This document shows, one piece after another, positions 53,341-64,000 of a stretch of 64,000 nucleotides of DNA. How positions within the stretch are numbered: the first letter of the stretch is position 1; each line of letters opens with the position of its first letter. The notes below the pieces were generated by a model that was not told the DNA's origin, made no database searches, and saw only the letters and a program-made list of their open reading frames with translations. Made by a program: the position numbers and the translations under genes. The stretch comes from Octopus vulgaris (taxonomy: Eukaryota): positions 82,832,001-82,896,000 of the forward strand of contig OX597820.1 in NCBI GenBank assembly GCA_951406725.2, written 5' to 3'.

Positions 53341-54220
53341 TGATCGTTATAGTGTTGAAAGATACTATATTATCGTCTCCACAATGAGAGCTCTCTCGTA
53401 ATACCTGTTAATTTAGTATAGGTATAGTGTGACATACAAACGACACGTTTGCATCATCAATTGCATGAATGAATCTTAGTAGACTTGAAGGTAACCAGGT
53501 CACTAACATATATAAAAAAGTATAGTCTTATCCGGAACTTGATGATCACCACAGAATGTAGGATAGAGTTTATCTTCACTGGCACAAACTTCAATATTGG
53601 GGTTTAACCTGAAGTCCCAAATTTAAAAAAAAAATCTGAGTTAGATGAAGATTTTAGATGAACAAACTCTCTTAAAAGTTATATCTTTGTTATATATATA
53701 TATATATTATTTCTATTTGGATAATTGATTGTAATTAGGCATTGATTTTGTTTTTCTGACTCCAAAGTTTCATAATTGTATGTAATTAAAAGATTTTAAA
53801 TTATTTTAGGAAATAATATCAGTTGACAGGACTTGATCATTGTGTATCATTTCTCGTCATGGACTCTAGTAATTTTTTGCAATTCTATTTTAGTTGAATG
53901 TTGTTTTATTGTATTCAACTGCTTAAGTCTTGTGCAAAATCCATTTTTATTTGTTGAAGTCACCTCATTTCTTATCAGTGTTTTACGTTTGTAATTTTCT
54001 ACTTCTTGGTATCACTTTATCATACAAATCACTAAATGTTGGATGGCGTTTTAGCAGTACGTTCTTTTGAAAGTAACAATCTTTTCGCATCAGTCTCCCT
54101 CTCTTAAAAAATTATTTATTACTGGATTATGCTCATATTATTCTCATTCAATTACAATCAGACACATGTTTCCTAGTGTATTTTATGTAGTAGCTGTGTG
54201 AATTTTGTTGATTTGATTGT

Positions 54221-54225
<5 letters not shown>

Positions 54226-54257
<32 letters not shown>

Positions 54258-54285
54258 CATATATATAGGTATATATATGTATACG

Positions 54286-54365
<80 letters not shown>

Positions 54366-54388
54366 TATACATATATATATATATATAT
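54226..54388. repeat. Compound (TA)n/(CA)n microsatellite
   Basis: Direct observation. Confidence 0.95.
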
Positions 54389-55805
54389 AAGCACGAGTTC
54401 TGAGTTCTGAGTTGTACGTCTTATTTAACATTTAATTTAACATTTCAAAGCTTATGACAGATATCTTCACTATGTGAAATCTTATTTCCGGCCACTTAAT
54501 TTTTATTAATCTAAGTCTTCTGTACTATTTATTTCTAATCTTTCTTCTTTAACATACTTCTTATTCCAATATTTTCCTCCACTCTTAAATTCAGAGTTGA
54601 TTACGTTGAAACTTTATCATTTCTGTGGTGAATCTAATTAAATAATTCTCAGATTTAATTCATTTAATCCTTGTTTAATTAGCTTTGACATATTTGCATG
54701 AATCTTGCTAACATCTCTGATATCACTGCTTAATCCATGTTGAAATGAAATAGGTTAATTTCGTCTTCCAGTAGCTGTTCTTTACATGATAAACTTTCCG
54801 TCTGTCTCGTCGCTCGCCCGATATGCTATTTTCTAATATTTATGAGAAACCAGCATGCTGTAGACTGTAAATGATAAACTTTTCTACATTGCTGGAAAAC
54901 TGGTTATTTCTTCTGTGATTTTTGAATCACAGCACTTATTGATGTTTGGAATAAATGCTAATTTCAGACAGAAATTATGTCACCGAATACTTCAATGTAT
55001 ACTATTTAGGTACTGTAACCATTGAAGAAAGAAAAACCGTCGGTGTGGTCTTGAGAAATGCTGGAAATAAAAGTCAAATTTCAATCAAATAACAGCCTTC
55101 AATCTTCAAGTAGATATTATGGCACTAACGCATTCACTATTGCCATCGCCGTCGCAGTCGCCGCAAATTCCACCACTGAGACTGCGGCCGTTTCCGATGT
55201 TGGCACCGCCGTCGTCGAAGTTCTCGTCGTCTTTAACATCACAAATAGCCCACCGACAATAATACGACTATGGAATTAAGACCAGCTCCACCTGAAGGAC
55301 TGCAGTACCACCACAACCTCCATCACTACCACCATATATCCGTTACTTTCTTAGAAATAAAGAATTCTTCGAATTATGTCCCTGATATATACTGACATGA
55401 CCGCAGCTGGTATGTCTTTTTCCAGATCAGACATTTGGTCATAAAAAGGAAACGCCGACGAAATCAATATTCTCACCAACACGAAAACCGCCATCATCAC
55501 CAGTAACTCAATGATCAACAGATCTAGCTTCAATAGTGTGGTTACACACTCAAGAAACACGACGACCACTGGAACAAACAACACTAGAACAAACATATTA
55601 ATTAATTTGGCAAAAGTTATCAACATTACTAGAGTGACTACTAGCACTAGCATTACCAGCGGCGAAGCCATCATCTCTACCGTGACACAATTTCTATCAA
55701 AACCAGTAGGAACTCCATTATCGAAAGCACAACCGTACACCATCACAATATTGATAGCGCTAAGAACTCTATATCATTATCATCATGATAATGTATATCA
55801 CTACC

Positions 55806-55806
<1 letters not shown>

Positions 55807-55882
<76 letters not shown>

Positions 55883-55987
55883 ATTCTATCTATCTATCTG
55901 TCTCGGTGTCTGTCTGCCTGCCTGTCTGTCTGTCTGCTTGCCTGTTTGTCTGCCCGTCAGTTTCTTTCTATCTGTCTGTCTCTCTCT
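55807..55987. repeat. (TATC)n grading into (TCTG)n microsatellite
   Basis: Direct observation. Confidence 0.93.
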
Positions 55988-56999
55988 ATATATATCTTAT
56001 GAAATGATATATATGATACCGTAATTATCCACAGTTCATTAAACTTCAACGTTCAAACATTGCAGTAGACGTAATGGGAGAACTCATACATGCATACATA
56101 TAATCAGATATGTGCACAGACAACTGTGACATGCTAATTCACTCATAGCCGGAAGCGTGACAGGAGCTAATACTCCGGGAAAAATATTGGCTCGTTACCA
56201 AGACATTGATATCTTACCAATGCGTCCTTGTGGGTTATGTATAAGGGGAGGACAGTAGATACCTAATTAAACGCAGCGAAACAGAGATTTGTTTTCCACA
56301 CAGAAGGAGTAGAACAATTCCGAATCACCGGACGGGGAAATACCCGAACTATGTAGAAGTACACTAGTACATCACCAGCCTTGCGGCAGACACCGGGACT
56401 TGGATTCTCGTACATCTTCCACCTTCTACATGAACAGCCCTCCTTGTATGGCCATCTTCTCGCATCCCATCCATCTGAATGCATATGTATAACGTCAATG
56501 TGCCTGTGTTGACAACATTTCATGGATATCCGTTTATAGAAGAGCAAAGTCAACAACATATTTACGGAGTACTGCATTATAGACAGTATCAACTAGGGAT
56601 GCGATATCGTATTATGCACACGCTTCCATACCATTGCATACTCATGAAGCTTGATTGTGAGTGGGTATACCCTTCTCTGCTGATGAATTTTTCATCATCT
56701 ACAACTAAAGATTGAGTTAGCTTATTGTCTAACAGAATTAAATGGACCTACGTAATATACATTATGTATTCGGATATTCTAGAATTATTTTCGGAATAAT
56801 GCATACGAAATTATTAATTCAAATACTAGGGATAAGCAGGTATGCACAGAGGCCGTGACCAATATATATGTATGTGTGTATCTCTGTATGTGTATCCAGG
56901 TGTGTATATGTGTGTGTATATATATATATATATATATGATTATTTATGTACGTATATATATATGTATGCATTTATGTATGTGCATGTGTGTGTGTGTGT

Positions 57000-57042
<43 letters not shown>

Positions 57043-57130
57043 CGTTGTAGTTCGCTTGAAGCATTGTGATATCAAAGAATGAAAAAGAGCGAAAATAGAA
57101 ATCTTCAACAATGTGGCAAGTTTAATGAAA

Positions 57131-57172
57131 CCTCTATATTTTTCAGGCACAAAGCCCCATCTTCAGAAGAAA
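57131..57172 (-). ncRNA. Degenerate minimal hammerhead motif
   Basis: Minus strand: TCTT-CTGAAGA-T-GGGGCTTTGTGCCT-GAAA-AATA-TA-GAGG; core boxes intact, stems eroded. Confidence 0.4.
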
Positions 57173-58214
57173 AGGACAGTCTAAGAAAACTCCAGTTATG
57201 TAGGTTTGGTTAACGCATTCAAATTCTTATCGTTTATATAACATCAGCAGTCGCTAACCATACGTAGGCGAAGTTGACGTTCCATCCGTTGGTGTAAGCT
57301 AACAGCCAACTGTTGGCATAAGCTGCTCAGCAGCTGTGGTGTGACGGCGTTATATTAGTTGTAGTAGTAGTAGTGGCAGTCACTACTAAAATGTTACATC
57401 ATGCAAAAACAAAACGTTTTTATTAGGTAAATACAAGTAATAATTAACCATTAAAACTTTTCAAGAACAAGCACATAGTGCCAGATGATGCGGCCTACCC
57501 AAATTCGGCCAGAGAACGGAAAGTTTGAGTATCATATTTATATCCAGGAACTCGTTAGAGGGCCTGGATCGAGGAGGGCTTTAAATGCTTCACTATAACC
57601 TGGTACATAGTAAACCGGGGTATTACTGTTGTCAGTAGAATATGTGGTATTTTCCTTATTCTGAAAGTGTAGATATGTTATACCACAATGGAACTTTTCT
57701 GGCACCACACGAAATGCTAGGAATAAGAGAATGCAGAAAATGAATTGAAATCTAACATTGAAATTCACATTGCATTACACAATGTTTACGCAGCTCAAGG
57801 CTGACATCAATTTTCTTCGTAGAGGTACTTGTTCTATGAATGAAGCAACAAGACAGCAATATTATCCAATGTATATTTCACTTTGGCTGCTGTTTCCAGC
57901 AAAATGAACGAGCATGTACAAACTAACGTTCTGGTGATATATGAAGCAGAACTGGTATCAAAAGTTATTTCCTGGCTCTGAATGTACAACGATAGTATAA
58001 ATTGTGATACACATTTTATTGTGTAATTGATAGCGGGATGACAACTCAGGTTTGCTTCTGACTACTACCCGCCCTTCTTGTTTTTAGGCCGTTTTCACCA
58101 CTCTCTGTCTGTCTCTTTCTTCCTCCCTGTAGATGACTATCTCTCTGTATTTAAATTGCCCTTTCATTAAACTATCTTATAACTTCTCCATCCATAGGTA
58201 CATACCTCCATGTA

Positions 58215-58601
58215 GTGAAGGCGCAATGGCCCAGTGGTTAGGGCAGCGGACTCGCGGTCATAGGATCGCGGTTTCGATTCCCAGACCGGGCGTTGTGAGT
58301 GTTTATTGAGCGAAAACACCTAAAAGCTCCACGAGGCTCCGGCAGGGGATGGTGGTGATCCCTGCTGTACTCTTTCACCACAACTTTCTCTCACTCTTAC
58401 TTCCTGTTTCTGTTGTAACTATATTTCAAAGGGCCGGCCTTGTCACTCTCTGTGTCATGCTGAATATCCCCGAGAACTACGTTAAGGGTACACGTGTCTG
58501 TGGAGTGCTCAGCCACTTACACGTTAATTTCACGAGTAGGCTGTTCCGTTGATTCGGATCAACCGGAACCCTCATCGTCGTAACCGACGGAGTGCTTCAA
58601 G
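58215..58601 (+). mobile_element. Young tRNA-derived SINE, family B, with 11-bp TSD
   Basis: TSD ACCTCCATGTA at 58204-58214 and 58602-58612; nearly identical to 33018-33406. Confidence 0.93.
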
Positions 58602-59881
58602 ACCTCCATGTAACTATCAGTCACCTTTTTTTAAAGGCGCGTGTGTGTGTGTTTAGCTACGTACACACTTCCAACCCATCAGTCACCGAACCCGCGTTTT
58701 TCATATCCATCCATCCGCTAGTCTACCCACATATCTATCACTCCATTTATGACCAACCAACCTATCAATCAATCCTCACCTGCAACCATTTATCCACTTA
58801 TTCGACGCATTCACCTACCCATCCATAGAACGAATCTTCAAAATATCTATACAGATATACAAAACCCCGCTATCCTTACATTCAGTTCTCTATCCATCGA
58901 TGTATTCACTAATCTGTCATCAAATTCACTACCCGCGGATCCAAGCATCGACCTACCAATGAATCCATCCATTGATCTATCGATCCATACGTCAAGCCAT
59001 CTGCACACTAACCACCACGACATCTATTTTATACACACACATGTATCCAAAGACAGAGCTATTCAGCCAGTTAATCAACTAGCCAGGCACTGAAACGATC
59101 CAATAATCTATACAAACAACCACATATTGTCAATCACATAACAAGCCATATTTTACGCAATTTACCGTCCATAGGCATTCCTTTATCCTATTCTCAATCA
59201 CAACAAATAGTTACCTCTTTATATCTTCTGTCGCTTTCTAAAATGTCTTTCTTTTTTCGCTAGTTATTATAGTTTTCGAAGACCCTATCATAAAATCGCT
59301 TTCTTTAATTCAAGGCCAAACCGGAAATTAAACTTTGGTCGTTAAGAACTCCGATAATCTCAGTTAGCCAATAGGAATTGAAAGACAGTCTTTTAGTTTT
59401 CCCCACAGAGGACAATTATTTTGCATAAAGAAAATATTGAAAACAAAATATTAACTGAATTGAAAGCTGAGAATAAAAAAAGAAAACAGGACAACAGGAC
59501 ATATTTCCATAATGGCACTCTTCTTATCTTACAGAATTTAATAGGCTTCCCAGCAGTGTTGTTGTTCATTTATACATAAGATAATGGTGGATGTTAGTTT
59601 GAGGTTGTGGCGGAGTGAATGGTGGTGGTGGTAGTGATTGTTGTTGTAAGATGGTGGCCGAGGGGCTACAGTAGTGGAGTTGATGGTGAAGGTGGAGGTG
59701 ATACAGCAGGAGGTAACAGTGATGCTGATAGCAGGAGGTGATGGTAGTAGTGGTGGGAGTTCAACTGAAAGGAGGACAGCTTATAAAAATGTCTGCATCT
59801 TTTCTCTTACTCGTCCACACTTTCTCTCTGTCTTTTTCTCACCCCTGTCTCTATATCGCTACACACAGACGTGTGCACGCG

Positions 59882-59933
<52 letters not shown>

Positions 59934-60395
59934 CATGTATTATATATATATGTATGTATATATGTGTATGTGTGTGAATGTATGTGTGTGTATGTGTAAG
60001 TGGGTGTAAGCGTATACCCACGTTAAGACCGCTAATTTCAAGATACGGTCTGCTATTTCACCAGGAAATTTTGAGAAGTTTAAGAATTACATTTCCTCCT
60101 TACTCTTAAGAAAACTCACATGATTCTAAAATATTAAAAACTACACTTTTTCCTAAACCGAAAGTCCACTTTCAGCGTTTTAAATAAAATTTAAAGGCAG
60201 TTCAAAAATTATACATAGAAACACTCATTCATACACACGTATGCTATACACACGTATAAATGCATGCATATATGTGCGTGCGTGTGTGTGTGTGTGTGTG
60301 TATACCAGCGTTTGTTTATCCATCATTATAAATACAAAGTGTAGGTCGGAAATTTTCGTGAATATTTGTGTTTGTACATATTCTCTTGAGTCAGA

Positions 60396-60444
<49 letters not shown>

Positions 60445-61124
60445 GTTAATCCAAACATGAAAGCACAAAAAACACAACAACGCGAGGACGTGGAACAAAT
60501 ATAGTATTATTGGACACTCAGGAAAGAAGGAAAGAAGGAGGGTTTAACGTTTCGAGCGGAGGTATGTATGTATGTATGTATGCATACATGCATACATGTA
60601 TATATGCATGTATGTCTCTTCTGCTTTTAATTATGTAAATTCTTCCTCTAACAAAGCATTTGGCTTTTAACAAGGACACAAAGCTCCATCGTTGGAAGGC
60701 AGATAACTAAAACGATGTCACATTTTAAACTTGAGAAAATTCTTGCATACTTTTACTGTTTTGCTAATAGATGGTATTTGTAATGTGCAGATCAGTTGGT
60801 TGAGTTCTTTTTCTGAAAATCGAAGTTTATCAAGACTCACAGTTGAGCATTTGCTTAGAAATCTAAGCGCTCCAGTTATTATAGGTATACATGTAAATTT
60901 GTAATCCGGATATAAATCCTGGAGGTTTCAATGCACTTGCCCATAGTTATCTTCTTTCTCTTTGGTTTTGAGAAAGATATTCATATCAGCAAGACAGCTT
61001 ATCTCTATGACGGTACATACGTTTTCTTGTTTATCCCAAACAACTATATCGGCTCTGTTATGTTTACACTTATGTTTACATGTATAAATCAATATATGTC
61101 AATATATATATATATATATATATA

Positions 61125-61270
61125 TATCTGTAAATGTAATATGTGGCAATTATTCGGTAGCCATGATAAAACTCCGAGTTTTGGAAGCCGAGGTGGAAAT
61201 CCACGCCGCCATCTCTTATCCGGCTATCAGAAAAAAAAATGATAATTGTCACATATTACATTTACAGATA
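61125..61270 (-). mobile_element. Hairpin element (29-bp arms) enclosing a decayed hammerhead-like loop
   Basis: Arms 61125-61153 and 61242-61270 with one mismatch. Minus-strand loop has GTGGATTTCCAC and AAAACTCGGAGTTTT stems at the stem II and stem III positions. Confidence 0.6.
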
Positions 61271-61357
61271 AATTCCTTTATTTACTTAATAAATGTCCCT
61301 TTCTTTCTTTTCTTGTCTTACCATTTTTACCAATATATATATACATATATATATATA

Positions 61358-61585
61358 TACTACTAATATAGGATGAATGATTTTATAGAAAACAAATTTC
61401 ATCAAAAAAGTGGCAGCGTGTTAAAATACGTTTAAAGGTTAAAATTATAAACAAGGGGAAAGGAAAAGTTTCTTTAGCCCTTACATATAAGTTGTTCATA
61501 ATTTTAACCTTTAAATGTATTTTAATATGCTGCCACTTTTTTGATGATTTTTTTTGTAAAAAATCTTCATCCTATATTAGTAGTA
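61358..61585. repeat. Long hairpin with ~95-bp arms and ~37-nt loop
   Basis: TACTACTAATATAGGATGAA...AAAGGTTAAAATTATAAACAA / TTGTTCATAATTTTAACCTTT...TTCATCCTATATTAGTAGTA. Confidence 0.9.
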
Positions 61586-61774
61586 GATTTATTAGTATTC
61601 GCTATAGGGACTGATAACCACTTTAAGCTGTGGTGAGAACAGTTCACACGTGTGCTGAGGCTGACCAAAGGATTTTATATATATATATATATATATCTAG
61701 AGTACTTATATGTACACATGACTTTTCCTTCGGCTTTTTTCCATGGGCGCATGTAAGTATTTCATTTATTTCTA

Positions 61775-61850
61775 TTCGTATTTTCTACTGAAGAGGAACA
61801 AATCTATTATGAGATTAATTCGGAAATTGATTCAATATAGAAATAACGAA
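61775..61850 (+). ncRNA. Type I hammerhead ribozyme motif (stem II closing pair mutated)
   Basis: Stem I TTCGT..TTTCTA/TAGAAA..ACGAA; CTGAAGA; stem II GAA/TTC plus AATCT/AGATT; GAAA; stem III ATTGA-T-TCAAT; ATA triplet; G10.1 faces G instead of C. Confidence 0.65.
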
Positions 61851-62002
61851 CTTTTAAAAAAAATTATGTTGGCTAGCTTTCCTCGATTTCAGAACAACGT
61901 ATTTCTGTGGTGGGTATAATAATATGTGGAAATTGACGATTAGAAAGTCTGTTATCTGCATATTGGCATAGAAATAATTTTCTTTTGCCCTTTATTATAA
62001 GT

Positions 62003-62043
<41 letters not shown>

Positions 62044-62606
62044 CACTTATATTGCGTCTGCTTATATTTGTGTACGCATTTATTAATATTGTGTTCTCTA
62101 TATTTATACTTCTTTTCCGAATTGCATTGTATGTAGTCATGACACTTAGCGATAATAATTTTGGGCTGCTTCTAATCCATCAGTTATCAACCATATGGTG
62201 CGAAACTGAGTAATACTGTCTGGTTGAAAGCTAATGAAGAATTAGGGAACATCTCGGTCTGACTTCCGTTCGGTTGTACACTCAGTATACGTTGTATGTT
62301 TTTTTTACCCCGTCGTTGTTTATTTACAAAACATTTTTTATTTATTAAGTAACGTGACACATGGTACCCGGCTTTTATTAGCAGTGATATTTATATATGT
62401 AGATGTGTACTTTTATGTAAATATACATACTTATATGCATATATAGACATATAGATACATATATATATACACACAGAGACATGTATATACATATATAGGG
62501 AGAATTCACAAAGAAAAAAAAAACAAAAGACGAAGACGAGTGGGGTAGACAACAAACAGATGTTTTAGTTTAACGCTCGGGAAATATATACATGTACATA
62601 TATAAA

Positions 62607-64000
62607 CAGTTGCGGCCAAAATGTTCAGAACGACATTGTTTTCGTCAGAAAAGTAGATATAATTTTTTATCAAAGTTGTTTTATTTTCTATAATTTTTAC
62701 AGACAATAAGTACGACATTATTCGTTATTGCCTGAGATTTTGGTGTAATTTGAGAGGATAATACAAAAGTTATGGATGATTTAGTGATTTACTGCAAAAT
62801 CTATGGCGGCCAAAATAATCAGAACAGTTGCTTTTCCTCCGTGTTTTAGTATATTTAACCGGCGAACTCTAATGTTTTGAATTTGTTTACGTGACGGTTC
62901 GTTTACTAAACATTAGTAAGAATATTTGCAGTGAACTTTGTTAATATAATGCCACTTATTCCGTTACCAATTCGTCAGCAGATTATTAAGCTTCGAAGGA
63001 AGGATAATTTAAGTATTGGATCTATTGCAAAGATTGTTAACAAGTCAAAAAGTGTTGTACACGGTACTCTTAAGGTCTACGATGATTGTGGCTCGTGTGA
63101 AGCAAGAAAGTTTACAGGTAGGCCAAGAAAAACGACAAGGAGAGAAGATCGTGCTATGGTAAAGTTAGTTAAAAAGGACAGATTTAAAACTGCTGCTGCT
63201 GTTTCTCGGGAAATGAGCATTGTATTGAAGAAAACTTTATCTCGAAAAACTGTATCTCGTCCTTTAGTTGAACATGACCTACAAGCAAGAGCACCTGCAG
63301 TGAAGCCACTGATCAACTCCAAGAATAAAAAGTGTCGTCTTACCTTTGCAACCGAACATGTGTTGTGGTCTCAAGAAAAATGGCAAACGGAGCATTTCAG
63401 TGATGAATCTAAGTTTATACTATTTGGCTCAGATGGGAAACGGTACGTTCGTAGAAAAGTAGGTGAAAAATTGTTGCCTAAATGCCTTAAGACTAGTGTT
63501 AAATTCGGTGGATGAAGTGTCATGGTTTGGGGAATGATATCTGGAGATGGTGTGGGCCTTTTGGTGCGATTACATGGAAAGTTAAATTCAGGAGTTTATA
63601 AACAACTTGTAAAAGATCATGTCTTGCCTGTGCTGAGAAATTCAACTAAGCGACCACCGATATTCATGCAGGACAATGCCCCATGTCACATGGCTAAGGT
63701 GGTCATGAACTTCCTCAAGGCTGAAAAGGTTATTGTTATGGATTGGCCAGCTCAAAGCCCAGATCTCAATCCTATTGAAAATGTGTGGAATAATCGAGGA
63801 GAACGTTCGAAAGCCAGAAATCCTAAAACAACTGAGCAATTATGGAATGCCCTTCAGGAAGTATGGAATAAGATCACCCAGCAAGAAATTGAAAATTTAA
63901 TTTCCTCATGCAGTCGAAGATATCAGAGTGTGATTGAAGCTAAAGGGCTTCACACTAAATATTAAATAATTCCAGTATTCTCTGTCATTTTTGATTATTT
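62607..64000 (+). mobile_element. Tc1-family (DD34E) transposon with IR/DR-type left end; right end outside the window
   Basis: Starts CAGTTGCGGCCAAAATGTTCAGAAC; inner direct repeat GCGGCCAAAATAATCAGAAC at 62806-62825; near-intact transposase. Confidence 0.92.
62949..63965 (+). pseudogene. Tc1 transposase, 338 codons, single in-frame TGA at 63513-63515
   Basis: The two track ORFs are in one frame: KFGG*SVMVWG. HTH, GRPRK, FSDESKF, QDNAPCH and WPAQSPDLNPIE present; 34 residues between D and E. Confidence 0.92.

Noticed and set aside
55058-56002. Overlapping Thr-rich and Val-rich ORFs
   Set aside because: Degenerate (ACC/ATC)n low complexity running into (TATC)n; no splice or domain support.
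56263-56715. HSDGW motif suggesting a Merlin/ISXO2 transposase
   Set aside because: Other catalytic motifs absent or out of order; no TIRs seen.
61102-62040. Repeat-spacer-like layout suggesting a CRISPR array
   Set aside because: Repeats are simple (TA)n, units are 200-320 nt, the context is eukaryotic and no cas genes are present.

Overview
AT-rich, microsatellite-dense eukaryotic DNA. The SINE families and microsatellite load look like an octopus (coleoid cephalopod) genome; this is an inference from recalled repeat consensus, not a database hit. The only plausible host coding sequence is the start of a minus-strand gene at the left edge (ATG at 386, open to base 1, Asn/Thr-rich), which the ORF track omits. 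The remaining ~63 kb is intronic or intergenic transposon landscape. It holds two decayed Tc1 copies that share inactivating lesions, a near-intact IR/DR-type DD34E Tc1 with one nonsense codon, a mariner deletion derivative, Gypsy integrase, LINE, Helitron and Penelope (GIY-YIG) relics, many modular tRNA-derived SINEs (several with clear TSDs), and several long inverted repeats. The most interesting signal is a recurring set of type I hammerhead-ribozyme motifs in ~150-400 nt hairpin or pLTR-like units next to microsatellites. The best is a ~400-nt rod-like foldback at 13371-13762 with an intact-core hammerhead at its apex; a three-unit cluster lies at 61.1-62.0 kb. Coordinates were counted by eye, and ends of decayed elements are approximate.
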